DNA from: Utricularia gibba
Lineage: Eukaryota; Plantae; Magnoliophyta
DNA: 64,000 nt
Assembly: GCA_002189035.1 (NCBI GenBank)
Contig: NEEC01000014.1
Location: 2,790,001-2,854,000 of the forward strand
Reading direction: 5' to 3'
The notes below the pieces were generated by a model. The model saw nothing but the letters and a program-made list of their open reading frames with translations, had not been told where the DNA came from and ran no database searches. Shown one piece after another: positions 24,235 through 37,800 of the stretch; the stretch's first letter is position 1, and each line of letters begins with the position of its first letter. The translations under genes were made by a program, and so were the position numbers.

Positions 24235-27200
24235 ACGGTGTCTGTTAATTTCTCTGTTGTTAATGCATTTACGTTCCTTTGCTTGTCCACTTGAATCCCT
24301 TGATTTGGAGATTGAGAGGACTGCAAAATTACTGAGAAAGAATCACAAACAAAGTTAGCAAGAGGCTAAGTTGAGAACCGAAGAGATGGCTGACAACCCA
24401 CCAAACAACCATTAGCTTGTGAATATTTTGAAGAAGACTATTGGAGAGTATGAGTCACCAAGTCATACATATCGAGGGCACTGCATTACCTTTCCTATAG
24501 CAGCAATAAATTTGGAGTTGAGGCCAGGAACTCTTGCTATGTTTCCTAAGTATTATGGGAACAAGAATGACGATCCTCATATGCACATTGACGATTGCAT
24601 TGCTATTGAAGCTGTGCTGCGACACAAGGAAGAGATTGAGGAAGATTTACTACTCAGGGTCTTCCAAATTACACTTAAAAGACACACCAAGACTTGGTTC
24701 AACACACTTGAACCAGGAAGTATAAGAAGTTGGATAGAAATGAAAAAAAACATTTTTAAACCAGTTTTTTCCTACCTCTAGAGTAGACGAAATGCGAAGC
24801 AAAATAGAGAATATTTTTCAGGATTATGATAAGCCTCTACATGAGTATTGGGATAGGTTCACTACTCTTCTTTCGAGCTGTCCACACCATGGATTTGATA
24901 AATTGAAGTAGGTGAAGTGTTTTTTTTTTAAGAGATTGACTGCTGCCCATAGGGATAAATTGGATTCTGCTGCACATGGCAATATGAGGACACTTACCCC
25001 ATCTGAAGGCTGGGAGAAAATCATGGAAATGATTGGACATTCCAGGTATTCTCAATTTAGATCTCGAGCCCAGCGGCAAGTGAACGAAATGGGAGTATTG
25101 AGAGAAGATGAAGCAACAAGAAATGACAAGAACATTGTTGAATTGAATGATATGGTGAAAGGTTTATTCCTTGTTCGTGCCAAATCTATGCCTTGTGACG
25201 TCTGTGGAATTCTTGGACATACTTCTGATTATTGCTCCATGAAAGAAAACTTGGATGAACCACTTGAAGGAGTGAATGCAATGGGGGTATATGAATAACA
25301 GAGTTGATTATTTTAGGCCCAAGCAACCAGCGCTTTGAGCCTATGAGGAATCATCCCAATTTCAGTTGGAGAAGCACCAATATTGAAAATCCGCAACACC
25401 TGGGATTTACTCAACCACAGTGGCAAGGAGCACCACCAATTTCGTTTCAACAAGGACAAAAAGTTTAGTTGGGGAATAGGTATCAAAGCAAGACTTATCA
25501 ACCCCCACATCAAAGAGTCAATCAGCCAAGCACTTCAGGTGCTAAACCACCTCCTTCAACTGAAGAAATGATGAAGATGATGTTGGAAAACATGGCCAGA
25601 CGTGATGCTGAACAAGCAAAAAGAGATGCTGAATCTAAGGAAATGATGAAAGTCTTGAGAGGCAAATTGCCAACTTGCTACAAAGCTTGCTGAACTGAAA
25701 GGAAATTCAGGGAAACTACCATCTTAGCCCAATGCCAATCTGAAGGCTAACATTTCTACTATAGAACTTTGTGGGGGAAAGCAATTGCCTGATCAAAAGG
25801 CCCCTGCAAGTCATTGAAAAGTGGCTGAAGGTGCTGAAATTAATTTTGAGGATAAGGTACAACAAGGAAGAGCAGCAGGGGAACCTGTTGTTGAGATCAA
25901 GAAAAACGCCTCCTTATCCTAGAAGACTACAAGCTAGAGCAAGGCAAGAAGAGAAGGATTCCATAATTACAACCTTAGATTTTGCTATGATTACCATGAA
26001 GGCTGTAGATTATTTGAGGCAAGTGCCGAAAGGGATGAAAGTATTGAAGGACTTGTGTAGTTCAAAGAGGAAGAGCAAGGATGAAGAGGTCATCAAAGTT
26101 AGTGCTCAGGTCTCAACCTACCTGACGCAACAAATGTCTAGACCCTGGAACATTCTTTGTCACGATTCAGGTAGGAACTAAATTTATCAGCAGGGCAATG
26201 GTAGATCAAGGCACTTCAATCAAAATGATGCCCTATGAAGTTTATCTAGCACTGGACTTGGAACCCCTTAGGCCCACAAACTTGAAATTACAGCTTGCAA
26301 TCATTCCCTGTGGATTCGACTCTTGCTTGCCACACTATATTAATTCTTGTGATTTTTATAGTAGAATAGCCAAGTTTATAAATTTCTTTTGACGCGTTGA
26401 ATGTGCTAGACTGTGAAATTTAGAAACCTCATTCTAAACGTTCATTAAAATGGCACCATTTTTCGGGAGCCATTCCAGAGGATATTACTGAAGATGTTCT
26501 TGTTAGAGTTTCTAACACCTACTATCCTTGCGATTTTGCTGTTGTTAAAATGTATCCAGCTAGGGTGAATGATAATACTTTGATTATGGGACACCCTTTG
26601 CTAGCTACTGCAAATGCTCAAATTGGTTGTAGGAAAGGAGTTATCACTATTGGGTATGGTGATGATATTTCTATTTTTAAGACTAATGAAGCTGAAAAGT
26701 TCCCTGATGATTTTATACTCGTGACTGGAGTTGTTGATGAACTAGTAGTGGAAGTTTTTGATGAAGAGCAGCATGATATTCTTGAATTTTTTAGACAAGA
26801 TGTTGAGCTCGATGAGGAAGAATTGCACCACCAGAATTGAAACCCTTGCCTTCACATCTCAAGTATGCATTTATTGGTGACAAGTCAAAGCTGGTGATTA
26901 TCAGTGCTAATCTATCTTGTGAAGAAGAGATGAAGCTAATGGATGTTCTGAAAGCCAACAGCAAAGCCATTGGCTGGATATTAGATGATATAACCAGAAT
27001 AAGCTCTTCTGTGACAATGCATAGGATTTATCTTGAAGATGGAACAAAACCGGTTAGACAACCTCAAAGAAGGCTGAATCCTACCCTCATGGAGGTAGTG
27101 AAGAAGGAAATCAAGAGGCTACTGAAGGCTGGAGTGATTTATTCGATCTCTGATAGCACGTGGCTAAGTCCTATCCACGTAGTCCCTAAAAAGAAAGGAA

Positions 27201-27949
27201 TTACGGTTGTCGAAGATGCTGATGGAAAGAAGGTGGCGACGCGAGTTCAGAATGACTAGAGGGTATGTATTGACTACAGGAAGCTGAACGAAGTCACAAG
27301 AAAGGATCACTACCCTCTACCCTTCGTTGATCAAATGTTGGACAGGTTAAGTGGTAAGAGGTTTTATTGTTTTCTTGATGGGTACTCAGGGTATAACCAG
27401 GTTGTTGTGGCACCGAATGATCAAGAAAAGACGAGTTTTACCTGTCCCTTTGGCACATATGTGTGCAAGAAGATGCCATTTGGTCTCTGCAATGCCCCAG
27501 CGACGTTTCAAAGAAAGACGTTGAGTTTGTTTTTTCAGATGAATGTAAACATGTTTTTGACACTCTCAAGGCGGTCATGACATCAGCTCCTATCATACAA
27601 GCGCCCAATTGGAATGAGCTCTTCCATGTGATGACTGATGCATCCAATTACGCAGTAGGAGTTGTGTTAGGCCAGAAACTTGATGGAAAAGACACAGTCA
27701 CCAACTATGCCTCCAAAACCTTGGATAATGCTCAAGCAAATTACACTACAACCGAGAAGGAGATGCTAGCTATGGTATTTGCATTGGAGAAGTTCAGAAG
27801 CTATTTTTTGGGTGACAAAGTGATTGTGCATACAGACCATGCCGCCATCAAACACCTCATGTCCAAGAAGGAGGCCAAACTGAGGCTTATGAGATGGGTC
27901 TTATTGCTGCAAGAATTCAATGTGGAAATCAAGTATAAGCTTGGGAAGC

Positions 27950-29346
27950 TGATAAACGGAAATTTTAGCAATGTCGTTGCAAATAAAACAAATCTCCATA
28001 TCAAATAAATTTGTAGTCCCCAATCTACACAAAAATACAAATTTAGAAAACTTGTATAGTGGATGTCGAGGTCGATCACAAGGAGTTTGTGCTTACTAAG
28101 TGCTTTAGTAGATGCATAATTCGAAATACAGTAGTCTTAGTCTAAGCTCGGACTAGTAGTGGCAAGTAAGTTTAGTAAACAAAATCAAGTTTTGATTCGA
28201 AAGGTAATAAGTACTGGTTCTAACTCAAAATAATACGAAGATGCCTTAAGGATCTGCAGGTGGTGTGGTTCTAAAATGTCTAATTTAAATTACCATGTTC
28301 CTATACTCACAACTTCAAATAACCTAGGTCTACCCAGGTCATTCATCATATTTTTGGCTAAGGTAGTCCCCAATATCATCACCAACATTACAATTAGGTC
28401 TATCAGCATGTAGAGTGTATAGAATTAGGTCTACCTGGCTCTACTGGTTCTACCCCGGACTAACACTTATTGTTCCCGTCTTGATTTGTTGGTCTACCTT
28501 TAATTCAAGCATCTTAGTTGTGAAGCTACTTGTTCCCCTCCTTAGGTCGACTTATGATTGATAGAAACAAGAGCTAGGAAACAATGATGAATTTTATTAA
28601 AAATCTTAGATCCACACCAACATACTTTATCTTAAGGCATCTCTAGGGTTCTAGCTACTCATACTTTAAAGGTAAAACATGATAACATCAATATAAAACA
28701 ACGAAAATGTCAAGCACATCGTGAAAGAGTTGGATGCAGAAACTGAAAACATCAACAAACGAAAATAAAGCAGTAAGAGTTCTGGCTTTCGTTTGCTATT
28801 CTTCATGGGCCGGAACAGTAGTTCTGGACTGGGCTCCAATGTTTTTCTTGACGATGAAGTTCTTCTTCTGCTCTCCTGGTCGGTGTTCTTCCTGTTGGGG
28901 TGTTGTTGTTGGTGGAGAAGTCGTTGAGGTTGCTGGATGTTGGAGGGAAAAAACCCTTTGTGTGTGTTCTTAAAAACTTTGTCTCTTTCCCTCTTGCGAT
29001 TCTCTCTCCTCGCATTTCCCAAAGCAGGTACAGTCTCTAACTGCTCTACTGCTCCTGCCCCTGACTTGCAGACTACCGCCACGACAGTATACTCATTGCT
29101 CCCTGTTGCACAGTGACTTGAATGAAATCCTTGTTCTTTTCAATGATTTTCAGGTTGCTGCTAGACTCAAAATTGAATTAGAATATAGATGTGATAAATC
29201 AAAGGATTTAGCCCACTAATCACATCAAAAATCACCTTTTCCTAAATTATACAGAAAAATATTTAAAACTATAAACTAAACAACTAAACATTATTAAAAA
29301 TTTGTAATTTTCATATCCTAAAAATAGGAAAATCTGTGTGCTATCA
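27950..29346 (-). mobile_element. Solo LTR, family A, inserted in pol of element C; TSD GAAGC/AAAGC
   Basis: TGATAAACGG...GTGCTATCA termini; removing it restores KLGKLNEVADHLSR. Confidence 0.92.
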
Positions 29347-31071
29347 AAAGCTCAATGAAGTTGCAGATCATCTTAGCAGAATTGAGCAACCCATGGATGG
29401 TATTCCAATTGTTGAAGAATTTCCAGATGAACAACTCTGTGCAATTAAGGCTGATGCATGGAAGACTAGTGAATCATGGTACACTGACATAGCCAATTAT
29501 CTGTGCACTGGCGAGATGGCATTAGATTTAAAGAGTTATGAGAAGCTGAAGTTGAAGAGTGAGAGTAAGCACTATTTCTGGGATGACCCCTATCTGTGGA
29601 AAATTTGTGCTGATGGTGTTGTGCGACGCTGCTTGGCCAAAGATGATATTCAGCAAGTGTTGGCTTTCTGTCATGTGTCTCTTTGTGGAGGGCACCATGG
29701 TCCTAACCGTACTGCCAAGAAGGTGCTGGATTGTGGTTATTATTGGCCAACAGTTTTCAAGGATGCCAAGTCTTACTGTAAGAGTTGCGAGAACTGCCAG
29801 GGAATATCTCAAACCGATATGAAATGCCAATGCAGCCAATTGTTGTTCAAGAAGTGTTCGATGTGTGGGGTATATACTTTATGGGCCCCTTTCCAAACTC
29901 TGATGGCTATGAGTACATCTTGGTGGCAGTGGACTATGTTTCAAAGTGGATAGAGGGGATCCCGACCAAGTCACAAGACATTCATTCAGTCATACGCTTC
30001 TTGAAGAATAATATTTTTGTGAGGTTTGGAACACCCAAAGCCTTGATCAGTGATCGTGGGAGCCATTTCTTTAACAAGTCTATGGAGAGACTGCTGAAAA
30101 GCTATGGAGTCTAGTACAAGCCATCTAACTCTTACCATCCTCAGACCAATAGGAAGGCAGAAGTTTCTAATCAGGAGATCAAGCAAATTTTAGAGAAGAC
30201 TTTGACTTCCTCTCGCAAGGACTGGACCTCTAAGCTGAATGACACCTTGTGGGCGATTCGGACAGCCTTCAAAACCCCTATCGATATGTCTCCCTTTCGT
30301 GTTGTATATGGTAAACATTGCCATTTGCCCATTGAATTAGAGTAGAAGGCCAGATGGGCGATCTAGTGAGTGAACTGGGAGATTCAAGGCAGTGGTGATC
30401 TGAGGAAGCTCCAACTTTCCAAGCTTCATGAACTAAGACATGAAGCCTACATGAATTATAAGATCTTTAAGGAACGCACGAAGCAGTTCCATGACCGTCA
30501 GATTTTGCAAAAGCACTTTGAGCCTTGCCAAAAGGCATTATTGTTTCAGTCTAAACTCAAACCTCACCTAGGTAAACTGAAATCTCGTTGGGAACGCCCT
30601 TTTGTGATTATGATTGATGAAGTGGTAAACCTCACCCAGGTAAACTCATGTGAATCCTAATGGCTCCATTGAGTTGTTTGATAGAGACATGCACAATTCA
30701 TTCAATGTGAATGGTCACAAATTGGAATTGTTCCATGCGCTTATGATTGATGAAGTGGGACACCCTGTGCATGCTGTGGCATTCACTGAAGTTCCTCTTT
30801 AAGACTTTCCACTTAAGTCTTACCCTAAGACTTATTTAACGGTTCTCGTTGGGAGGTGACAAGTATTTTCTCCTTTTATTTTCTTTATGCATTTTTATTT
30901 TCTTTTTGCACTTTCAGTTATACATTTTGCCTTCTGTGCAGTTGCAATCTGTTATTTTATTGGTTTTTCTTCCCCATTGTTAGTTTCTGATGCAATAGCC
31001 CATCTCCTGCGTAGTTGCAATTCTTTCTTTATTTTTAGTTACACAGGCCCACTGGGTTCAATTTAAAAAGG

Positions 31072-33103
31072 GTGGGAAACCCTTCTTCCCAACAGAACTG
31101 TGGCACCTTTTCCATGGCAAACCTCTCGTCCTCTAACTCCACCGCTGTGCCGCCGGCCACCCTTGACCGCCCATCTGGTCCGGCAGCCTCCGTACCCATC
31201 AATTCGACCTTTGAGGTGCCTCACATTGTTCAGTTTTTCCCCCAATTTGCTATCGCACCCTCTGCCACGAACCCTAGGCCTTCTTTCGATGAATTGCTGC
31301 TCTCTGCGCAAGTTGAAGCCGACATTCTACAGTTGCTGTTGGGTTTACGGGTTGCTCATCTTCACACCCTTGTCTCCAACGGTTCTTTGACCATCCCTAC
31401 ACCGCAGCCAACCCCTATTACCGTTATGCCCTCACCGCGCCAGCGTTCCCCACTGCTGCCTGTTTCTCCTACCCGAAATCTGATGGGCTCAATCGATTGT
31501 TCCCTAATCTTGGGTTCCCCTCGTCCTTCTACCACCACACCGAGCACCCACCACCGCACACCTTCGCCCCCTCCGGTGGTTATCATTTCTATTACTCCTC
31601 CGGCATCGGAGCACTTCACCTGTGGACCCCCACTTACACCGGACTCTATTTATGAAGATTTTTGTGAGGACCCGAAATTTCAGACCCCCTATGAGGGTAT
31701 TCCCAAAAATGTGGCCCCAGCTACCATTTCCACTCTTGATGCCGCACCAAAACCTCCCAGAGCACTGCTCTAACAGGGAATACCACGGCGGGACCTGTGA
31801 CGGGCAAGCGAAGCAAAGTCAAGCAGTGCGTGACTCATCAGACCTACAAAACGCACAAGCAAAGGGCAAATGAAGAAGATATGGAAGCCAAATAGTGGGA
31901 GGAGGAAAATGCTGCCAGCAAGAAGAAGGGCACGGCAACAGTGAACAAGGAAAAGGAACCAAAAAAGGCTCCTGCCCCTGAGCCAATCCCAGCACCTACA
32001 AAGATAGCAAGGGCAGAGAATTCTACTATTTAAAGGGAACAACTAGAGAGAGCCATCAAAGAACAAAAGAAACAACCTTGAGAGGAGAAGGAGGCTGGAA
32101 AAACGCAAAAGGGAGGAAAAGCCAAACAAAGCAAGGCTACGAAAGGTAAAGAAAAGATAACTAACCCCCCTGCGGGATCCACTATTTTTGCAGATAGGGA
32201 CATCACCATGGCGGACCTGGAGAACTGCTCTAGAAGAATGAATGGAGAAGGGCGCACATTTTTCAGCAAAGAAGATACTGAAATCTTCACAGAGTACCTC
32301 CGGTTCAGTGGCAAAGCCCACAAAGAGAAGCTGGACACAATTTTTGGAGTAGAGCCAGAACCAGTGTGCTTTCTAGACACTGAAACGCTTTAGCATCTTG
32401 GCATCGAGCAAGAGGTAAAAGAATGGTTGGCATCGAGCCAGAACCATTTCTTCATATTTTTCAGAACAAGCTGCCTGCCTATGCTGAATTGTGTTACGAA
32501 TTTTTCACAACATTTGTGTATGATGTGCCTGAAACTGTCTTTGCTCCTGATATTCTTCGGTATAGACTGTTTGGAAAATGGTTTGCCTATTCTTTAGCTG
32601 ATTGGAATAGAGCCTTAGGATTTGTTTTTGAAGATGACGTGAACTCCATTGCTTTTCAGACTTCCATGTTTGATTTTCCTAGTGTTGAATATTTTGATGA
32701 GCATGAAGTGTATGAACAATTGGCTGGGCAGTGTGAGGTTATTTTTAAACAAAAAGGGACTATGGCTAGTCTTATAGTTGATCCCGTGTAGAGGATTATT
32801 CATGTGCTCTTTTCTGCTTCCTTTTTCCAGCATGAACGTGCTTTCAATTCCTTGTTAAAAAATGAAACTTTTATTTTTTGGAGTTTAATTATGAAAAGGC
32901 CATTGAATGTTGATGCATTGATTACAGATTTGATGAAAAAGGAAGTAGGAAATAGGACCTGTGTCTTGACCATGCGGTTTGGAAATTGGATTTCTTATTT
33001 GGCTTTGAAAGAATTTGGTCCTAATGTTTTAGAAAATGCTAACTTGCACATTGGACCACCTCATCTCCCCATAGATTGTGTTTTCTCACGAACATTGGCA
33101 TGA
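31072..33103 (+). pseudogene. Athila additional (ORF2/env-like) ORF of element C, disrupted
   Basis: Lies between integrase and the 3'LTR. Pro-rich 233-aa ORF, then K/E-rich segment, then YAELCYEFFTTF..YRLFGKWFAYSLADWNRALGF domain; stops and frameshifts. Confidence 0.7.
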
Positions 33104-34879
33104 TTTGACTTGCCAAAGGCAAGATCGTATTTTTATTGAGCACAAGTGAAGGAAATGTTGTGAAGCAGCCCCTGCCCAATGCTTAGGAAGCGTCTACATC
33201 TGCTTGGGCAGGGCAAGCACCTATGAAAAGTGGAGAGTGCTGCTGTTTGAAGGAAATTTGTGAATTGAGAGGTATTGTAGGAACCCTGAAGATGTACCTG
33301 GAAATTCTGCTTAATATACAGACAAACGCAGGTGCTATTGCTCCTCCTAAACCTTGACTACACTTTACCCTTTTGTGTTGTATATTTTTGTTCTGTGTCT
33401 TATGTGTTTTACTTCTTCTACACACCATCGCATGTGTTCTGTAGTTGTTTGTCTATCTTTTGTTGCCTTGAGTACTGCTGAGCATGTTTAGGAATTTCGG
33501 TTCATGCTAGAAATGTAAGATACCTACCCTTCGCTTCTGTGAGGACTCAGCCTTTTTAGTTCTTACCTGCTTAAGACTTATATGTGGGTAGCCAGATTTT
33601 GTAGAAAAGTTCACACATACGACCTATGTTTTGCTCTATCTGCACTAGGACTTACTTGTGAATTGCTTGTACGTGGCTTGCTAGTATGTGATGTGTGAGG
33701 TGCACTGAGTTAGATACATAGATTGTGGCTGATGCACATAAAAGATATTTTATCATAAAAGGCAAGCTCAAATCTAAAAAAGCCAAGCTATATGTTTGAA
33801 AAAAAAGAAAAGAAAAAGAGAGAGAAAGGTAGAGAGGTACAAAAGGCGGGCACACCAGAAAAGTCGTGCTGTAAAAAAAAATCTTGTCAAAACAATAAGA
33901 GCTTGAGGCTTAGACACTATGAACTCATCATTTTCTCTAAACATATTTAGTGTTCTAGCCAACCACTCTAGAAGAAATAAGGATGAACAAAGGGAGGGGA
34001 ATGTGACTAAGTTGTAGTGGAAGAGTTCTCAAGTTTCTATGTTCTTGTTTAGTACCTCCATGTGCATCATTTTCATTTTCAGCCACACTTTTGTATGTGT
34101 CTTGCAAGGTAAAACTCATACATGTCACTGTTAGTATGCTACTGTCGGCTAGGATCAAGTTCGTACTCATGCAGATATGATTTTCGAACACTTAAAGCAT
34201 GTGAGTAAGTTTTACTATCAGTGCTTGAGTGAAACTGTTCTAACCAGAACTTGCTATATCTTCTCTTCACTCCTTGCATGGATAGTATGAACTAAAATCT
34301 TTTATTTGTCTCAGCAGACTCAATCTTAGATAGTTTTCATTCTCTTTTTCTGTTTTAGACTTAAGGACAAGTCTAGAGTCATTGTAGAATAGAGTGATAA
34401 CACCGTTTTTATTGTGTTTTTATGTATGTTTTTAAGTATGTTTTTGTAGGGTTAGATGTTGTTTAGCATGCTAAATTGTCTTCTTTTGCATATTTAGTTT
34501 GGTGAAATGTGTTTATTGTGAAAACAAGCTCAATTGGTAACAATTGAACCGAAAACTCTAATATTAGCAAAGTTAAAAAAATGTGTTTATTGTGAAATGT
34601 TTTTTATAATAGGTTTTCAGTCAATTTAGTCTTTTACGAAGTCAAAAATAGAATTCACTTAGTGTCTTAGTGACTAGTTTTTTTAATAAGATAATCTACT
34701 ATAAATGAGTCATTTGTATTGCTTTATTTTTTAAAGTGGATATAAGAATGGTTTTGTCTTCACATTATTGGTGCTTTTGTTTTTTTGCATTTTTGTTTGC
34801 ACTTTTACCTTTAGGTATGAAGTGGAACAAGTTAAAAACTAAAGATCAAAATCATTAAAGGTTAAACCCTCACATTTAC

Positions 34880-37800
34880 CTCACCATATTCACATTTCAT
34901 ACCAAAATTTGATTTAAGTCATCTATACCAGTTCTTGAAACTCCTCAAGTATCTCAAATACAACATTCCAAGTAGCCTCTTCTGTATTGTGATTAGACAA
35001 TTGAACCTTCATCATAGGAATCTCTTAGTCCTCAATTTTCTTTCTTGTCTATTAAGTATCTTGATTGGTGTGTCTATGTAGGACAATAGATCGTCAACAA
35101 TAATAGATTCCAGAACCACCTTATGCTAGTCAATATCCAAACATCTTCGTAACTTAGAAACATAGAAAACATTGTATATTCTAGCATACTCTTCAAGTAA
35201 CCTTAACATCACAACTGATCCAATCCTCTTCTCAATTTGGTATGGACCAATATACATCGAAGCAATTTTATTTGGTCTTCTTATCTAGGATACTCCTTTA
35301 ATTGGAGTAACCTTAAGATATACAAAGTCTTCAACCATAAACTATAGTGGGCTTCTATGCATATCAGCCCATTCTTTCATTCTACTTTGAGTTATCCTTA
35401 AATTCATTTGAACTATACCCATTATATCCTAATTTTGATCATTTCAGGTCCTACAATGTGTTTCTATTAAGTGTCATTTTCTAATTATTATTTAGGTATT
35501 ATTATGTATTAATCTAGTGCTAAGTCGCCCAATTAGGAATTATATTGATAAGTAATTGTATTTCCTTAGAAAAATTCTATTTTCCTATTTTGTAAATATT
35601 TTCTGACTTTTTCCGTGCTCTTTGATCAAGACATGTCAGAATCTGACTTTTCGTGCCTTGTACGTGACTTGGAACGATTGTGGGCAGAATACTGACGCTA
35701 GTTAAGGCCCCTGACTTACGGCATGTTAGAGTCTGCAACAATGATTGGGCGCTAACTTGCACGCAAAGGAAAGCTACTAGCACACACAAGACAGAAGGAA
35801 TGATGGGATGGGGACCCAAAGGAGTTAATGCACATGGGAAGTGATATAAAAGCCACTTAGAGTACTTAGTTTCAGACTTTTGAACCTTTTCGCACTTTAG
35901 CTTTGTACTTAGAACTTTTGAGTTCTTCCTCCCTCAAGGAGGAAGAACACTTAGTTTCCAATTTCGTTTCTGTCTTCATGGCCCTTTGTGGCTAAAACCC
36001 TTTAGTTTTTTGGAGAATATGAAGTTTCCTTCCAAGTCTTGAGCAATACACTCGGTTCTTCCCTGATTCAATTTGGATTCTGCATACTTCCATGCATCTT
36101 GTTGTAGTCTTTCTGTAACGACTCCTAGTCAAGGTCCATAAGTAGCAGGCCACTCCTCACGGATTTTGGTGAAGATCAAGATGAAGAGCACCAACTTCAA
36201 CCCTGTCGATTTGAGAAAAGTAGCGGATTGTCTGTGGCCTAGGTACCGCGACAATGGACAGGTTGTGACCTCAGACCTGCCACTGGCCATTGGTAACAGT
36301 TGGGCACATGCGTGCAATTCGGTTTTGAAGACAATCCTCTTGTCTTCCTAATCGTCCAAGGGGGAATCACATGAGGCTGTTCCCGTGTCTCCTTATCAAT
36401 CAGAGTATAAGGGAGAGTAGGCTATTCCTTGCTCCTATAACCAGCTATTCGGAAGAAATCAATGAAAACCGAGGCAAGGATGGACAAAGGAAGGAGATGG
36501 AATCTTATTCCCAGGAACTGCATCCCATAGTCAATGCCCATCACTTAGGTTGTAACTTTTATTTCTGTATCTCAAAAACCCCCTTTTGCAAAACCGTGAC
36601 ATTTTGTAAAAGTTTCTTACAAAACATTTTTCACGAAAAAAAACTCCCTGAGATCGATACTCGTACTACGCTTGTAGTGTTTTACATTTTATAAATATTT
36701 AAAATTTGTTGAGGAAACGACACGCAACAGTCTCTCACCTATTTCACTCCATTACATAAGGCTCCAACATTTCTTGTCATGCAATGTCCTATAGGGTGCC
36801 ATATTGATACTAATGTGGTGGCTATTATTATAAGCAAATTACACCAATGATAGGTACTTCTCCCATGATCCACCAAATTTTAAAACACAAGCTCTTAACA
36901 TGTCTTTTAGTATCTAGTTCACTCTTTTGGTTTGGCCACCACTCTGAGGGAGGTAAGATGTATTGAAATTAAATTTGATTTCTATAGCTTGTTGTAAACT
37001 TTGTCAAAATTTGAATACAAAGCATGTGTCCCTTTCTAAAACAATCGTTAAAACCACACCATGCAATTGAAGGACATCCCTTATATACTACTCACCAAGC
37101 TTGTCAATGCTTTCATGTTCCCTTATCGCAAGAAAATGTGCAACTTTGGTCAATCTAGCTACAATCACCCAAATAGCATTATTCTTCCTGATAGTCTTCA
37201 ATAATCCACAAACAAAATCCATCGTAATATAATCAAACTTCCATTCAGGAATCTCCAATGATTGTAACTTCCCTTCTACTCAATGGTGTCCAACATTAAT
37301 CTTTTGGCATGTGCCACATTTTGCGATGAACTTTGCAATATCCCTTTTCATCCCAGGCCACCACCAACTTGATTTCAAGTTGTTGGACATTTTGCTGCCT
37401 TCTAGATATATCGCTAATGTTAACCATGAGTTTATCTTAAAATATTTTGCTTAAGTTCAGCTTCATTAGAAACTACAAACTTGTCTTCAAACATCAAACT
37501 ACCAGCATTTGTCACACTGAATTTCTTCATTCTTTCACCTATTTCTACTTGTTGTTTCAGCTTACGTATCTTAAGGTTTTGTCATTGAGCTTATTTAACT
37601 TCCTCTAAAAATGCTGATATTGTTAGAAATGTATCTAATTTCACCTCTTCATCATCCTCCACCATCTCCAATCTAAGATTAGCAACCTACTAGCTAACAA
37701 TGCAGCCATGCTTTTATGATTCTTCCTACTTAGAGCAATAGCAACCTGATTTACCTTTTCAGGATGGTATTTGATTTCAAGGTCATAATTATTTCATAGT

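Larger units (their letters stand above)
23038..34565 (+). mobile_element. Athila Ty3/gypsy element C, near full length but degenerate: 5'LTR 23038-24213, PBS, gag-pol 24388-30800, extra ORF, truncated 3'LTR 34395-34565
   Basis: Both LTRs start TGATAACACCG; tRNA-Asp PBS; gag CDVCGILGHTSDYC; protease MVDQGTSI; RT KPVRQPQRRLNP, FLDGYSGYNQ; RNase [14 protein letters not shown]; integrase HVSLCGGHH..CENC, SDRGSHF. About 12 substitutions plus 1 indel between the LTRs over ~170 bp (counted by eye). Confidence 0.93.
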
